IMG/VR virus record: IMGVR_UViG_3300032223_000428
Coordinates: 12,580-76,579 of that record
Direction: 5' to 3' (one strand)
Length of the DNA stretch: 64,000 nt
Source: a virus
Of this stretch, positions 47,832 through 56,442 are shown one piece after another. The notes under the pieces were generated by a model. That model saw only the letters and a program-made list of their open reading frames with translations, did no database searches and was not told the DNA's origin. The position numbers and the translations under genes were made by a program. Every line of letters begins with the position of its first letter. Positions within the stretch are counted from its first letter, which is position 1.

Positions 47832-48734
47832 TTATTCTTCCTGTGCAATCTTCTGGAAATAAGACATAACATCTTCGTCATCGTCCATTGATTTAACAAC
47901 AGGCGCAGCTTTAGATGAAATCTTTGGTGCAGAAGCAACTGGACGATCTTCTTCAGCAATCTGTGCAGCAGACTTGCTTGCAAAAGTATCACCAGACAAA
48001 ACATCATTTAGTTTTTTCTTCAATTCATCGTATGACTTAAAGTTCTTACGATCCAAAAACTCAGACAACTTATACTGAGAATTTACGATACGTACCATTT
48101 CCTCATCATCATTCGATACAGGAGATGGGTCTTGGAATGCAGACTCATCATAGTTAGCGTAACCATCTTTCTTACGCATACGCAGTTTGAAGTTAGCACC
48201 TTCCCACAAATCAAACACGTTAACTGGCTTTTCGTCTTCGAAAGTTGGCTTTGCTTTATCCATAATCTTATCAAAGATTTTCTTACCAAACTTAAACAAG
48301 AATACCTTGCCTTCGTTTTCTGGATGTTTAGGATCAGAAACAACTAACACGTTGGCAATAAATGACAACTTACGTTTCTGTTTACGAGCAATTTCTTTGT
48401 TGGCATCAGAACCAGAGTTCCAAAGAGTGGTGTTCAATTCACCAACAGGGTCGTTCTCACCAAGAGTTGTTAGGGAGTTTTCTATATACCACTTTCCAGT
48501 TGGACCTTGGAATCCATGACTGAAGATACGAACCCATGGGAGTTCATCGCCTTCAACACGTGGTAGGAATCGGAGAGTTGATGTACCATTGCCAGCCTTG
48601 TCACCTTCAAGACGCCAAATACGATTATCTTCGTATGACTTCTTTTCAGTTTGTGGATTAGCAATCTTATCGAATTCTCCAGAAATTTTAGAGAAGTCTT
48701 GATTGCGCATTTTGCGGAGTGTTTGAATGTCCAT
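47832..48734 (-). CDS. gp32: Single-stranded DNA-binding protein gp32
   Basis: DKAGNG...RFLP, HGFQGPTGKWYIENSLTT, FKFGKKIFDK, GANFKL, acidic C-terminus. Confidence 0.96.
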   Translation of the reverse strand: MDIQTLRKMRNQDFSKISGEFDKIANPQTEKKSYEDNRIWRLEGDKAGNGTSTLRFLPRVEGDELPWVRIFSHGFQGPTGKWYIENSLTTLGENDPVGELNTTLWNSGSDANKEIARKQKRKLSFIANVLVVSDPKHPENEGKVFLFKFGKKIFDKIMDKAKPTFEDEKPVNVFDLWEGANFKLRMRKKDGYANYDESAFQDPSPVSNDDEEMVRIVNSQYKLSEFLDRKNFKSYDELKKKLNDVLSGDTFASKSAAQIAEEDRPVASAPKISSKAAPVVKSMDDDEDVMSYFQKIAQEE

Positions 48735-48751
48735 AGTATTTTCCTTTGTAT

Positions 48752-48973
48752 TTACTTTGTATTAGTATTATGTTGTATATTAATCTCATCATCTAAATCA
48801 ATTTGATCATCAAAGTCTTCATCGTTTAAATCATAATCTTCTTCAACATAACTATTTAGCATTCTCATACCACCAGTTTTTTTACCGTTGGTATGTCTGG
48901 CAGTTTTACCTGAACGCTTACCAGAACCCTCATCATCATAACTCTTTGATGATTTATAATATGTCTTGCCCAT
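48752..48973 (-). CDS. Hypothetical protein (basic N-terminus, acidic C-terminus)
   Basis: 73-aa ORF between gp59 and gp32. Confidence 0.65.
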   Translation of the reverse strand: MGKTYYKSSKSYDDEGSGKRSGKTARHTNGKKTGGMRMLNSYVEEDYDLNDEDFDDQIDLDDEINIQHNTNTK

Positions 48974-48975
48974 AA

Positions 48976-49587
48976 TTACTCAACTATTTCGTCTAGGAAA
49001 TGAGAAAATATCTTATTGATTTTGATCTTATCGTATTTAACGAATCCAGTCAACTTTTTAATTCGCAATAGTTCTTGGTTCCAAATATACTTAACTGAAG
49101 TATTTGTTTCCCATTGCAATATGATTGGGTATATGTCATCAATAATCCTAAGTGTTTCTATTCCAATCTTTCCACCGATAAACAATTCTAGCGCAACAGG
49201 GTATGCTGAGTCAAAGAAATTAAATGTTGCAGATGGAGAAAGTTTATTTGTTTCAATATGTGTTAGTATAATCGCTAAGTCATCTATGAACTTTTGTGTT
49301 ATACTCTGCTTTCGTTTAATCCACTCTGTTAAATTATCTTCTGCCTGTTGCCCCTCATATATTGCAGACTCATTACAGTATGCAAAATTAGCAACAAAAA
49401 ATTGAATTAGTTCTCTATCTTCGCCATACTTGTTAGCGAGTTTCTCGAATATGTATCTATCATTACGAGCAGTAAATGCCTCACGAGTGCCTTTAACATT
49501 ACCTCGATTTTCGAAGACGTTAAATTTTTCTGTTGTGAAGTGAAGTTTAATTGCTAGGTAATAACGATATGCTTTAAATCCGTCCAC
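48976..49587 (-). CDS. gp59: Helicase loader gp59
   Basis: F.AY..YLA.KLHFT, F..R.D...F.KL, ET..I.D; upstream of gp32. Confidence 0.85.
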   Translation of the reverse strand: MDGFKAYRYYLAIKLHFTTEKFNVFENRGNVKGTREAFTARNDRYIFEKLANKYGEDRELIQFFVANFAYCNESAIYEGQQAEDNLTEWIKRKQSITQKFIDDLAIILTHIETNKLSPSATFNFFDSAYPVALELFIGGKIGIETLRIIDDIYPIILQWETNTSVKYIWNQELLRIKKLTGFVKYDKIKINKIFSHFLDEIVE

Positions 49588-49762
49588 TTAATTTCTTCCT
49601 ACAGGCTTCTTTTACTTGAATTGGAAAATCTGGTGAGATCTCAGCAATAGAACAATCATACTTTATAGTTCGTTTATCTGCTTGAACTGCAACATGCAGA
49701 ATTGCTGTCATCATCAAAATAAGAATAACGAAAGGTAAAAAAAGCCAAAAATATTTAAACAT
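49574..49762 (-). CDS. Small membrane protein
   Basis: N-terminal TM helix; YDC..AEISPD.P..VKE.CR. Confidence 0.7.
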   Translation of the reverse strand: MFKYFWLFLPFVILILMMTAILHVAVQADKRTIKYDCSIAEISPDFPIQVKEACRKKLSGRI

Positions 49763-49970
49763 CTAATTTTGCCTGTTTTGGTAAATAGTTTAACTCACGA
49801 AAATCCATTTCAATTTTATCTTTAAGTGATTTATTTATCAGAGATGCAACATCATCTGGTTCCAAATAATTTTCTTTACAATATTCTAAAACAGCATCCA
49901 TATAAGTGATTTTCTTATCACGGACGATCTCTTCTATATGTAGTGAAAATTCATTTGATGATTTAAACAT
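49755..49970 (-). CDS. gp33: Late transcription coactivator gp33
   Basis: FS..IE.......TYMDAVL.YC.EN..E......LI.K.LK.KI......LN.L; ATG at 49970. Confidence 0.88.
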   Translation of the reverse strand: MFKSSNEFSLHIEEIVRDKKITYMDAVLEYCKENYLEPDDVASLINKSLKDKIEMDFRELNYLPKQAKLDV

Positions 49971-50184
49971 GGGCTTGCTGTTTAATGTAATATTGGGTGA
50001 CTCTAAGTTCTCTAACGAGATCATGATATTCTTTCGATTTAGTTTTATACAGTTTCCAAATTGGTGTATCTGTTTTATCGGGATCCATCTTTCGTTCAAA
50101 TTTTTCTAAGAACATTGTAAAGAATTTATCCATCTTCATAATTTCAACTTGAAGGTTATTGTATTTAGTTTCCAATTCAGTCAT
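49963..50184 (-). CDS. Hypothetical protein (start uncertain)
   Basis: Compact ORF coupled to gp33. Confidence 0.6.
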   Translation of the reverse strand: MTELETKYNNLQVEIMKMDKFFTMFLEKFERKMDPDKTDTPIWKLYKTKSKEYHDLVRELRVTQYYIKQQAHV

Positions 50185-50185
50185 T

Positions 50186-50214
50186 ATTATACCTTATTTG
50201 TCATTGCAAGACAA
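50186..50214 (-). promoter_or_regulatory. Sigma70-type early promoter TTGTCT-17-TATAAT
   Basis: Exact 17-nt spacer; faces gp33-gp59-gp32. Confidence 0.7.
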
Positions 50215-50379
50215 GTTGATCATACTACCACCATAGAATGCAACATCTAAAGATAAAGCATCTACCTGATTCTGTAAATTATCTATCTTCAACTGCATAT
50301 TTCTAATTTCTTCAAAATGTTCTTTACGAATTATTTCTAACTCTGCTTCTTTTTCAATGCATTTTGTACAGAACATCAT
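50194..50379 (-). CDS. Small coiled-coil hypothetical protein
   Basis: ORF track; GGAG RBS. Confidence 0.6.
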   Translation of the reverse strand: MMFCTKCIEKEAELEIIRKEHFEEIRNMQLKIDNLQNQVDALSLDVAFYGGSMINLSCNDK

Positions 50380-50561
50380 TTCTTCTCCTTAATAGAATTG
50401 ATTACAAAATTGGCTTCTTTAAAATCACCTAGTTCCAAAAATCGTTCAATTATGATATCATAAATCATATCGACAGGTTTAGGTGTAGTAGAAACATAAA
50501 CATATGATTGATTCAACTTATCATAATTTACGTTATATGTAATACTTTTATAATCTTTCAT
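50376..50561 (-). CDS. Hypothetical protein
   Basis: ORF track; GAGGAG RBS. Confidence 0.6.
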   Translation of the reverse strand: MKDYKSITYNVNYDKLNQSYVYVSTTPKPVDMIYDIIIERFLELGDFKEANFVINSIKEKK

Positions 50562-50562
50562 A

Positions 50563-50910
50563 TCATCTCCTCATTGAAGCAATATCTTTCGCTTCATCAT
50601 CACTAAAAATTGGAACAGCATTAGACTTATGCATAGTTCCAATACCTATAATCTTAGTACCTGTATATACTTTTTCTGGTGCTTTGGTGCATGCACCACC
50701 ACTAAATGGAAGACTTGGAATCTTAGGCGTCTCACGACGAGCAGGTTTCCCAAGTGAGTACACATCACTGAGTGATTGTTCTTTCTTTGGAACAATCGTC
50801 TTTGTGGCATACTTCTTTATCAATGCCTCCCAAGAGGCATCTAACTCACGCTGTTTAGCGTTAGGTTTTCTTTTCTTGGACTTACCAAGAGATGTATGTA
50901 GCATTTGCAT
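50563..50910 (-). CDS. Conserved T4-like phage hypothetical protein
   Basis: YTG....GI.TMHKSNAVP.F....A.DI..MRR motif. Confidence 0.8.
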   Translation of the reverse strand: MQMLHTSLGKSKKRKPNAKQRELDASWEALIKKYATKTIVPKKEQSLSDVYSLGKPARRETPKIPSLPFSGGACTKAPEKVYTGTKIIGIGTMHKSNAVPIFSDDEAKDIASMRR

Positions 50911-50912
50911 AA

Positions 50913-51917
50913 TTATTTCACATAAACATTGATCATCGATACATTCTTAATTATATCGTTTTTTGCCATAAAAGTCAATGGAATTTTTTGTTCTTCTTCT
51001 TCAAAAATAAAAATAGCTGGTTGATGGTAGGTAGTTTTGTACTTATTCAACCATTTGTTTTGGATAGAATCTCCTGAAGAGATATGTTTGTAAAGAGTGG
51101 TGTTAAACAATTGTTCGTGGAGAACCACATCTTTATCATTAATCTTTCCAATTATAATAATCCTTGGAGTTTCTGGCAAGTACATAGTAGATTCTAGAGA
51201 AGAACATTTTACTGAAGAATCATATTTTGCACCAAAACATAACATAGTATCAGTGGAATTAGTAACATGTTCTGGTTTAGTTGCAGCAAAAACCCCAATT
51301 GAAGCAATAGCACCACCAATCCCAAATTGAGACAACATAGTAGAAAATAAACTTGTAGAAAGATTATCGTGGCTATTTGTGCTTACTTTACCTTCTTGAT
51401 CTATCACAGAAAGAAAAGATTTAGTATCCGATATCCATTTAGGTTGCCATGATAAATCTATGGAGAAAGAAACTGTTGTATATGAATCACCAATTTTATA
51501 AGATGGTCTATTTACATTTGCATAAAATGTAGTTCCCATATTATCTAATTTATTAATAATTTTCTTTTTAGATTTATATTCTTCCAATTGCTCTGTGTAT
51601 CGTTGTTTCTTGATAGTGTTATTTTTAGGAATAATATCAGCTATAATAGTAACTTCGTATCCAAGTGGAGTAGTAGAAACATTTATAATATTATATGTTT
51701 TTAAGACACCACCATTATATTGAGTTATGTCTTCAGAGAGATTACCATTTCTGGCTCTTCGTTCACCAATAATAAAAGTACTAGCACCTTTCTCAAGAGC
51801 AGATACTTTTGCATTGTCAAGAGCACCATTATAACTACTTCCATAGCCAGTAACAGTGACTTCTTCAGCTAAAACAATACTGGAAATAAGAGCTAGAGAA
51901 GAAATTAAAAATTTCAT
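50913..51917 (-). CDS. Exported protein
   Basis: Signal peptide MKFLISSLALISSIVLA; V.G.G.....AL.NAK..ALE (LPP20/FlgT-N-like). Confidence 0.65.
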   Translation of the reverse strand: MKFLISSLALISSIVLAEEVTVTGYGSSYNGALDNAKVSALEKGASTFIIGERRARNGNLSEDITQYNGGVLKTYNIINVSTTPLGYEVTIIADIIPKNNTIKKQRYTEQLEEYKSKKKIINKLDNMGTTFYANVNRPSYKIGDSYTTVSFSIDLSWQPKWISDTKSFLSVIDQEGKVSTNSHDNLSTSLFSTMLSQFGIGGAIASIGVFAATKPEHVTNSTDTMLCFGAKYDSSVKCSSLESTMYLPETPRIIIIGKINDKDVVLHEQLFNTTLYKHISSGDSIQNKWLNKYKTTYHQPAIFIFEEEEQKIPLTFMAKNDIIKNVSMINVYVK

Positions 51918-52465
51918 TGCGATTGTGCGAATGAGTTACGAATTTTTGCTGCTGCAACAACAGATCTTTTATCTACTTGAAGTGTCACAACAACCATAGT
52001 TTTGTCGCTGGAAATTTTCCTATCAGAGATATACGCACCTCTAATAATTCCATCTGATTGGACTGTAATCTTCTCTTGCAGTTTAGTCACAATATTACCA
52101 GCACGTTCACGTGTTTTGTTATCATCAGCCGATACATCTTTTGCCAATGCATTCGTGACAGTTTCAGCTGCTTTACTAGACTGAAGATCAGTTTGCATAA
52201 ATTCAACAATGTTACGCTTAGCACGCATGGTGGCTAAATTCATTGCTTGTTCCAGTGCAGCAGTGTCACTGAGAGGAATTGATGCAGTTGCAGTAGACTT
52301 TAGCGTTTCCCAATCACCTTTGTCAGTAAAGGTAACTTCTACCTTACCGAATTCTTGCGTGTATTTAACAGCATCCTTAGAAAGTGGGTCTATATCAGCA
52401 AGTTTAGTCGTACCACATGCAGATAACAAACCAGAAATTAAAACGACAAGCAGAACTTTTTTCAT
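51914..52465 (-). CDS. Lipoprotein (LPP20-like)
   Basis: Lipobox LSAC after hydrophobic signal; A...A.MRAK..I.EF. Confidence 0.75.
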   Translation of the reverse strand: MKKVLLVVLISGLLSACGTTKLADIDPLSKDAVKYTQEFGKVEVTFTDKGDWETLKSTATASIPLSDTAALEQAMNLATMRAKRNIVEFMQTDLQSSKAAETVTNALAKDVSADDNKTRERAGNIVTKLQEKITVQSDGIIRGAYISDRKISSDKTMVVVTLQVDKRSVVAAAKIRNSFAQSQ

Positions 52466-52469
52466 AATA

Positions 52470-52790
52470 TTACTCCAATGTTAAAGAATATACCACAGTA
52501 TTAGGGTTGTTGTAAAGTTTATCCATTTTATCACGCATAACAGGGTCTTGTAAATTCCTACCAAGTCGAGCAGAAGATTTAGGATCCACCAATTGAATTG
52601 TGTTGGGCTCAGTATTAGTATCCAAAAGTTTAGGTGGAGCTAATGCGTTGGCAGTTACTGATGCTACTACAACAGAATTACTTGGACGAAGTTTGACAAA
52701 ATCATTTGCGAATTTAGCCCACTCACTCTCAAAATCCAGCGCATAAGAATTGAATGATATGACTGCACCCAAAAGTAGATAATATCTCAT
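52470..52790 (-). CDS. Exported hypothetical protein
   Basis: Signal peptide ending SYA. Confidence 0.65.
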   Translation of the reverse strand: MRYYLLLGAVISFNSYALDFESEWAKFANDFVKLRPSNSVVVASVTANALAPPKLLDTNTEPNTIQLVDPKSSARLGRNLQDPVMRDKMDKLYNNPNTVVYSLTLE

Positions 52791-52791
52791 T

Positions 52792-53541
52792 TTATGCTGC
52801 TTTCAAGAGAATTGTAGGATACTTGACGAAACCAGAAGTGTCCTTCTTAGCACGTCCCTTAGCATAGAGACCAACAACCACACCTTTAGGATCTAAGAAA
52901 CGCAAGTCAGATTCATCGCCATTGAAGACGACACGACCATTATAAGTCTCAGGCATGGGCTCTGTTTTCTTCAAGCCAAACACAGTTGCCACATTCATAC
53001 CCTGTGCGTTAGCCTTCAGAACATCCGCATCATTACCATCAGCAGCTGAGAATGTAAGGTGATAGTTAGGGATGTGTGCAACTTTGCGACCAAGAATTTT
53101 AGTGTAGTCATAGAATTGTACCTCAGGGAATGCAGCGAAGATGTTAGGATACACAGTACCGTCTCGAGTCACTTCGTACTTCTCGAAGGCTAAGTCAGAT
53201 GTGCCATTAAGACGAAAGACTGGAATCATACCCTGCTTGGCAGACAGTTTGATTGCATTCTTGATCTCACGCACCAGCTGGAACATGAAGACTTCACGCA
53301 TCTCGAAGAACATCCGAGTGCGACGTTTGCGTGCTTCTTGGACCACGTTAGTCGTCTCGCCCTTCTTGAACATACCACCATGCCCAGCAGTATTCAGACA
53401 GGCAGCAGTACATCCAGCAGTGCGTTTGGCACAGGTCTCATAGCCAGACACATTAGCAGGGGAAAGATGCAAAATAAAGGTATTGTAACCTTGGGCTTGA
53501 CCCTTCAAGATTTTAGGATTCGCAGTGCTCAGTAGTTTCAT
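52792..53541 (-). CDS. GP88-family protein (radical-SAM-like Cys cluster)
   Basis: NPK..K, C......C...CL...G.G, RLNGTSD, QFYDYTK, NYHLTFS, GD..DLRFLD...VVGL.AKG.A; ATG at 53541 with GAAAGG RBS. Confidence 0.8.
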   Translation of the reverse strand: MKLLSTANPKILKGQAQGYNTFILHLSPANVSGYETCAKRTAGCTAACLNTAGHGGMFKKGETTNVVQEARKRRTRMFFEMREVFMFQLVREIKNAIKLSAKQGMIPVFRLNGTSDLAFEKYEVTRDGTVYPNIFAAFPEVQFYDYTKILGRKVAHIPNYHLTFSAADGNDADVLKANAQGMNVATVFGLKKTEPMPETYNGRVVFNGDESDLRFLDPKGVVVGLYAKGRAKKDTSGFVKYPTILLKAA

Positions 53542-53570
53542 AACAACCTTTCTCATTCACGATAAGGTAT

Positions 53571-53599
53571 ATTATGCCCCATGAGTCAATTAAAGACAA
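53571..53599 (-). promoter_or_regulatory. Sigma70-type early promoter TTGTCT-17-CATAAT
   Basis: Same -35 hexamer as the promoter at 50186-50214; exact 17-nt spacer. Confidence 0.75.
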
Positions 53600-53618
53600 C
53601 AACTTTCTGGATAGATCG

Positions 53619-53631
53619 TAAGTTGTTGATT
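53619..53631 (-). promoter_or_regulatory. IHF consensus site AATCAACAACTTA
   Basis: Exact match to WATCAANNNNTTR, ~20 nt upstream of the -35. Confidence 0.55.
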
Positions 53632-53635
53632 TTAC

Positions 53636-53666
53636 AGGAAAAATAAACCCCACCTAGAGTGGGGTT
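53636..53666 (-). terminator. Intrinsic terminator
   Basis: AACCCCAC-TCTAG-GTGGGGTT followed by TATTTTT. Confidence 0.75.
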
Positions 53667-53686
53667 ATTAAAAGTAATACTTTGGT

Positions 53687-53956
53687 TTACCTTTTAGATG
53701 GAGTGGAGACAGGGGAAGATGAGGATGCATATACAATACAAATTGTATCTGACTGTTTTGAGTAAGCACATCTAACTGCAATAGGATCAATCCCTTTAAC
53801 AATAGCTGACTCTATATTTCTTTCAATTGATTTTGTTTCAGTGTAATTTGTATATCCAAAAGTTGCAATTCCTGTGATAATAGCAATCAATAGTGATACA
53901 ACAAAAACATTATCATTCATACCCATTTCCTTTAAAAAGTTTTTAAATTTTACCAT
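53687..53956 (-). CDS. Membrane protein
   Basis: TM helix; AI.KGIDPI.VRCAY motif. Confidence 0.7.
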   Translation of the reverse strand: MVKFKNFLKEMGMNDNVFVVSLLIAIITGIATFGYTNYTETKSIERNIESAIVKGIDPIAVRCAYSKQSDTICIVYASSSSPVSTPSKR

Positions 53957-54141
53957 GATCCATCATCCCAAACTAATTTAATAACTAGTGGTCCAGCAGA
54001 AACATTTATTGCATACAATGCTGGATCCATATCATCAGGTTTTTTAGAATCAAAAGATAATCTCCAATGAAATGGATTTAATACAAAACTAATCCATATA
54101 CCACTATATTGTGCATAGTTAAGAAAGTTCTTTAATGTCAT
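53950..54141 (-). CDS. Hypothetical protein
   Basis: YSG.WI...LNP.HW...DDGSW. Confidence 0.65.
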   Translation of the reverse strand: MTLKNFLNYAQYSGIWISFVLNPFHWRLSFDSKKPDDMDPALYAINVSAGPLVIKLVWDDGSW

Positions 54142-54676
54142 CGCATAGCCCTAATTTTTTAGCTTCCTGCGCACTTAACCAAATATCTTGTGGTGGTAAT
54201 AATACTTCACGTATTTTTGACTCAGTAAGACCTGTACATTTTTTATAGTGCGCAATCATCTTCTTGGTAGTTAAGTCAAACTCTTTCACTGTAGCGAACA
54301 ATTCATGTTCTTTACCAAATGCACCCCAAGAGTATTGGTGCGAGAGTATTGATGTATTTGGTGTAAGAAGACGAAGTCCCTTATCACCAGCAATAAAAAT
54401 CATAAGTCCTGCAGAAGCAACTTGACCAAGCCCAATAGTTCTTACTGGAATTGATGAACCACGAATGGTATCAATTAAAGCAAATGCAGCATTTAAATCA
54501 CCACCTGGACTTGTAATAATTAAATTCAATAATTCAGGTGGCTCTTCAGAGAAGTTTGCCTCAAATACCCATTCAACTGCTTGTTTAACACTAGACATTG
54601 TAACTTCTTCCATAAGAAGAAAAAATGCATGTCTAGATGTTTCTTCCTTTAGTTGTAGGTTCATTTTTTGCATCAT
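54119..54676 (-). CDS. clpP: ATP-dependent Clp protease proteolytic subunit
   Basis: I.SPGG, G..ASAG (Ser), SHQ (His), D.WL.A.EA...GL.D (Asp). Confidence 0.9.
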   Translation of the reverse strand: MMQKMNLQLKEETSRHAFFLLMEEVTMSSVKQAVEWVFEANFSEEPPELLNLIITSPGGDLNAAFALIDTIRGSSIPVRTIGLGQVASAGLMIFIAGDKGLRLLTPNTSILSHQYSWGAFGKEHELFATVKEFDLTTKKMIAHYKKCTGLTESKIREVLLPPQDIWLSAQEAKKLGLCDDIKELS

Positions 54677-55229
54677 TTTTATTGTCACTTTCTTTATAAA
54701 AAATATGTCTACCTATTACAGTAGTTCGCTTCAGTTTCCATCGAGGGTTTACATAATCTGCATGATAGAATAATGCTCCCTGTGTGATGTCCTGTATCTT
54801 ATCGTAGTTAGCATAAACATTCAATGCTACATCTAATGCTTTATTGTATGCTACTTCGCTTTTAATCTTTACGGTTTCACAAAACCATGTAAATTGGCAT
54901 GTTGATTTGATTTTTTGTTTGACAACGCCACAAATGTCTTTTGGATATCTTGGATCTTGCACACGATTCATTGTAACTAAAGCAACTGCAAGTTTTCCAT
55001 CTTCTGGTTCAAAACCAGCTTCATGATAAATGTTTTGTGCGAGACAGTCAATTTGTTGTTGTGATTCTTTAGTTAACTGACTGTATTTTATATCGAGTAT
55101 TTTATCATTGTATGATAAGTTTACGCTTGCCAACTGAATAAGACTGAATGCAAGTATTAAAATTGGTATGTATACACGGAATATTTTTGTTTTAGATATT
55201 TCTGGAGTGCGTCTGTTGTATAATTGCAT
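54633..55229 (-). CDS. Cell wall hydrolase (SleB/Hydrolase_2)
   Basis: CLA.NIYHEA..E...G..AVA.V..NRV, CQF.W, GA.FYHADYV.P.W, IG.HIFY; ATG 55229 with AGGAG RBS. Confidence 0.9.
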   Translation of the reverse strand: MQLYNRRTPEISKTKIFRVYIPILILAFSLIQLASVNLSYNDKILDIKYSQLTKESQQQIDCLAQNIYHEAGFEPEDGKLAVALVTMNRVQDPRYPKDICGVVKQKIKSTCQFTWFCETVKIKSEVAYNKALDVALNVYANYDKIQDITQGALFYHADYVNPRWKLKRTTVIGRHIFYKESDNKNDAKNEPTTKGRNI

Positions 55230-55242
55230 AATTATCTCCTTA

Positions 55243-55272
55243 AAAAGAAGACAGGTGCGCAAACACCTGCCT
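55243..55272 (-). terminator. Intrinsic terminator
   Basis: AGGCAGGTG-TTTGCG-CACCTGTCT then TCTTTTT. Confidence 0.7.
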
Positions 55273-55281
55273 AATTCCCTA

Positions 55282-55557
55282 TCAGGTGGACTTTTTGCTA
55301 ATAGTCTTAGTATCTTGAGGGATGTTTGAAACAAATCCATTAAGTGCCGATGCTTTGGCAATAATGTCTTTCTCAGATGGGATAGCAGGGAATCCTGGAT
55401 GATCAGGAATCGTGCCACCATTTAGTTTAGCAGATTCGACTTTCATGTGCCAGTCGTTGCTAATTTGTTCACGCTTACCGAAATATTCATCGTTAAGCAT
55501 GTCTTTCGCCATTTTTAATAATTCGAGGCGAATCTCGAATGGTGTCATATTTGACAT
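55282..55557 (-). CDS. Conserved phage hypothetical protein
   Basis: TPFEIRLELLKMAK.ML...P....II.KA..LN.FVS; AAGGAG RBS; late promoter at 55623. Confidence 0.85.
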   Translation of the reverse strand: MSNMTPFEIRLELLKMAKDMLNDEYFGKREQISNDWHMKVESAKLNGGTIPDHPGFPAIPSEKDIIAKASALNGFVSNIPQDTKTISKKST

Positions 55558-55632
55558 AGTTTACTCCTTGTGTTGTGTGTGAAATGATGGTTTTATTGGG
55601 ATCCATCAACCCACGTGTAATATATTTAGGTA

Positions 55633-55821
55633 TTACTTCTCTTCAGTTTTCTTCTTTTTCGGAGTTGGCTTTGGAGATTTAGGTGGTGGAGGGCAATTAC
55701 CCTTTTTATCCTTTGTTACGCAATTCGTTTCTGCTTTTGCAGGCTCTTCCTTTTTAGTAGGTTCAGCTGCAAAAGCAAAAGACGCAATTAACAATGTTGC
55801 TAATGCGATTTTGATTTTCAT
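55633..55821 (-). CDS. Small exported Lys/Pro-rich protein
   Basis: Signal peptide MKIKIALATLLIASFAFA; two Cys. Confidence 0.7.
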   Translation of the reverse strand: MKIKIALATLLIASFAFAAEPTKKEEPAKAETNCVTKDKKGNCPPPPKSPKPTPKKKKTEEK

Positions 55822-55822
55822 T

Positions 55823-56383
55823 TTAGAAACTTCTTGTATATGCAACAGTAGTAGTATTGTTGGCACCATCACCACGTAGGCGATCATATCCAACAGTAAC
55901 TTTATCTGTCTTAGTTAAGTTGTATCCCAAAGAATAACGCATAGTGCGAGATTGATCAGGATTAACATCGTTAAAAGCATCACGATAACGATATGCCACA
56001 CGAGCAGTAATGTCACCAAACTTAGCATTAACTCCAGGTTCTACAGAATAGTAACCGAAAGATTCAGCACCAGACTTTTGCTTAGTACCAGCAGCAAGAC
56101 GAACATCACCACGGATAATAGAAGTGAAGTCATAACCACCTGTAGCACCAAGTTCAAAGCGATTAGTAATAGTATTTGCTACGTCAGCAGTAGTAGTGTA
56201 AATACCAGCATCTACTGATACGTCTTTAGTTACAGATGTTTTAGCAACAAAATTAACTACGTGATTTTGTACATTACTTGGTACCAAGTCCTGAACACCA
56301 TAAGTTGCTGTTACAGAAGAATCTGCAGAAGCAATACCAGCGAAAGCAAACAAAGTTGCCAAAAGAGTCATTTTAATTTTCAT
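55823..56383 (-). CDS. Outer-membrane beta-barrel protein
   Basis: Signal peptide, alternating amphipathic strands, C-terminal YTRSF beta-signal. Confidence 0.8.
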   Translation of the reverse strand: MKIKMTLLATLFAFAGIASADSSVTATYGVQDLVPSNVQNHVVNFVAKTSVTKDVSVDAGIYTTTADVANTITNRFELGATGGYDFTSIIRGDVRLAAGTKQKSGAESFGYYSVEPGVNAKFGDITARVAYRYRDAFNDVNPDQSRTMRYSLGYNLTKTDKVTVGYDRLRGDGANNTTTVAYTRSF

Positions 56384-56442
56384 AAGTTTCCTTAGTTAAA
56401 AAGTTTACGATAGTATATCGGCACTTTTGTCCACAATACCAA

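Noticed and set aside
55230-55421. N-terminal extension of the SleB ORF (and similar extensions of gp33, gp4, ferritin paralog 2 and the TIGR02466-like gene)
   Set aside because: Extensions overlap upstream genes, promoters or terminators; downstream ATGs have better RBS or coupling
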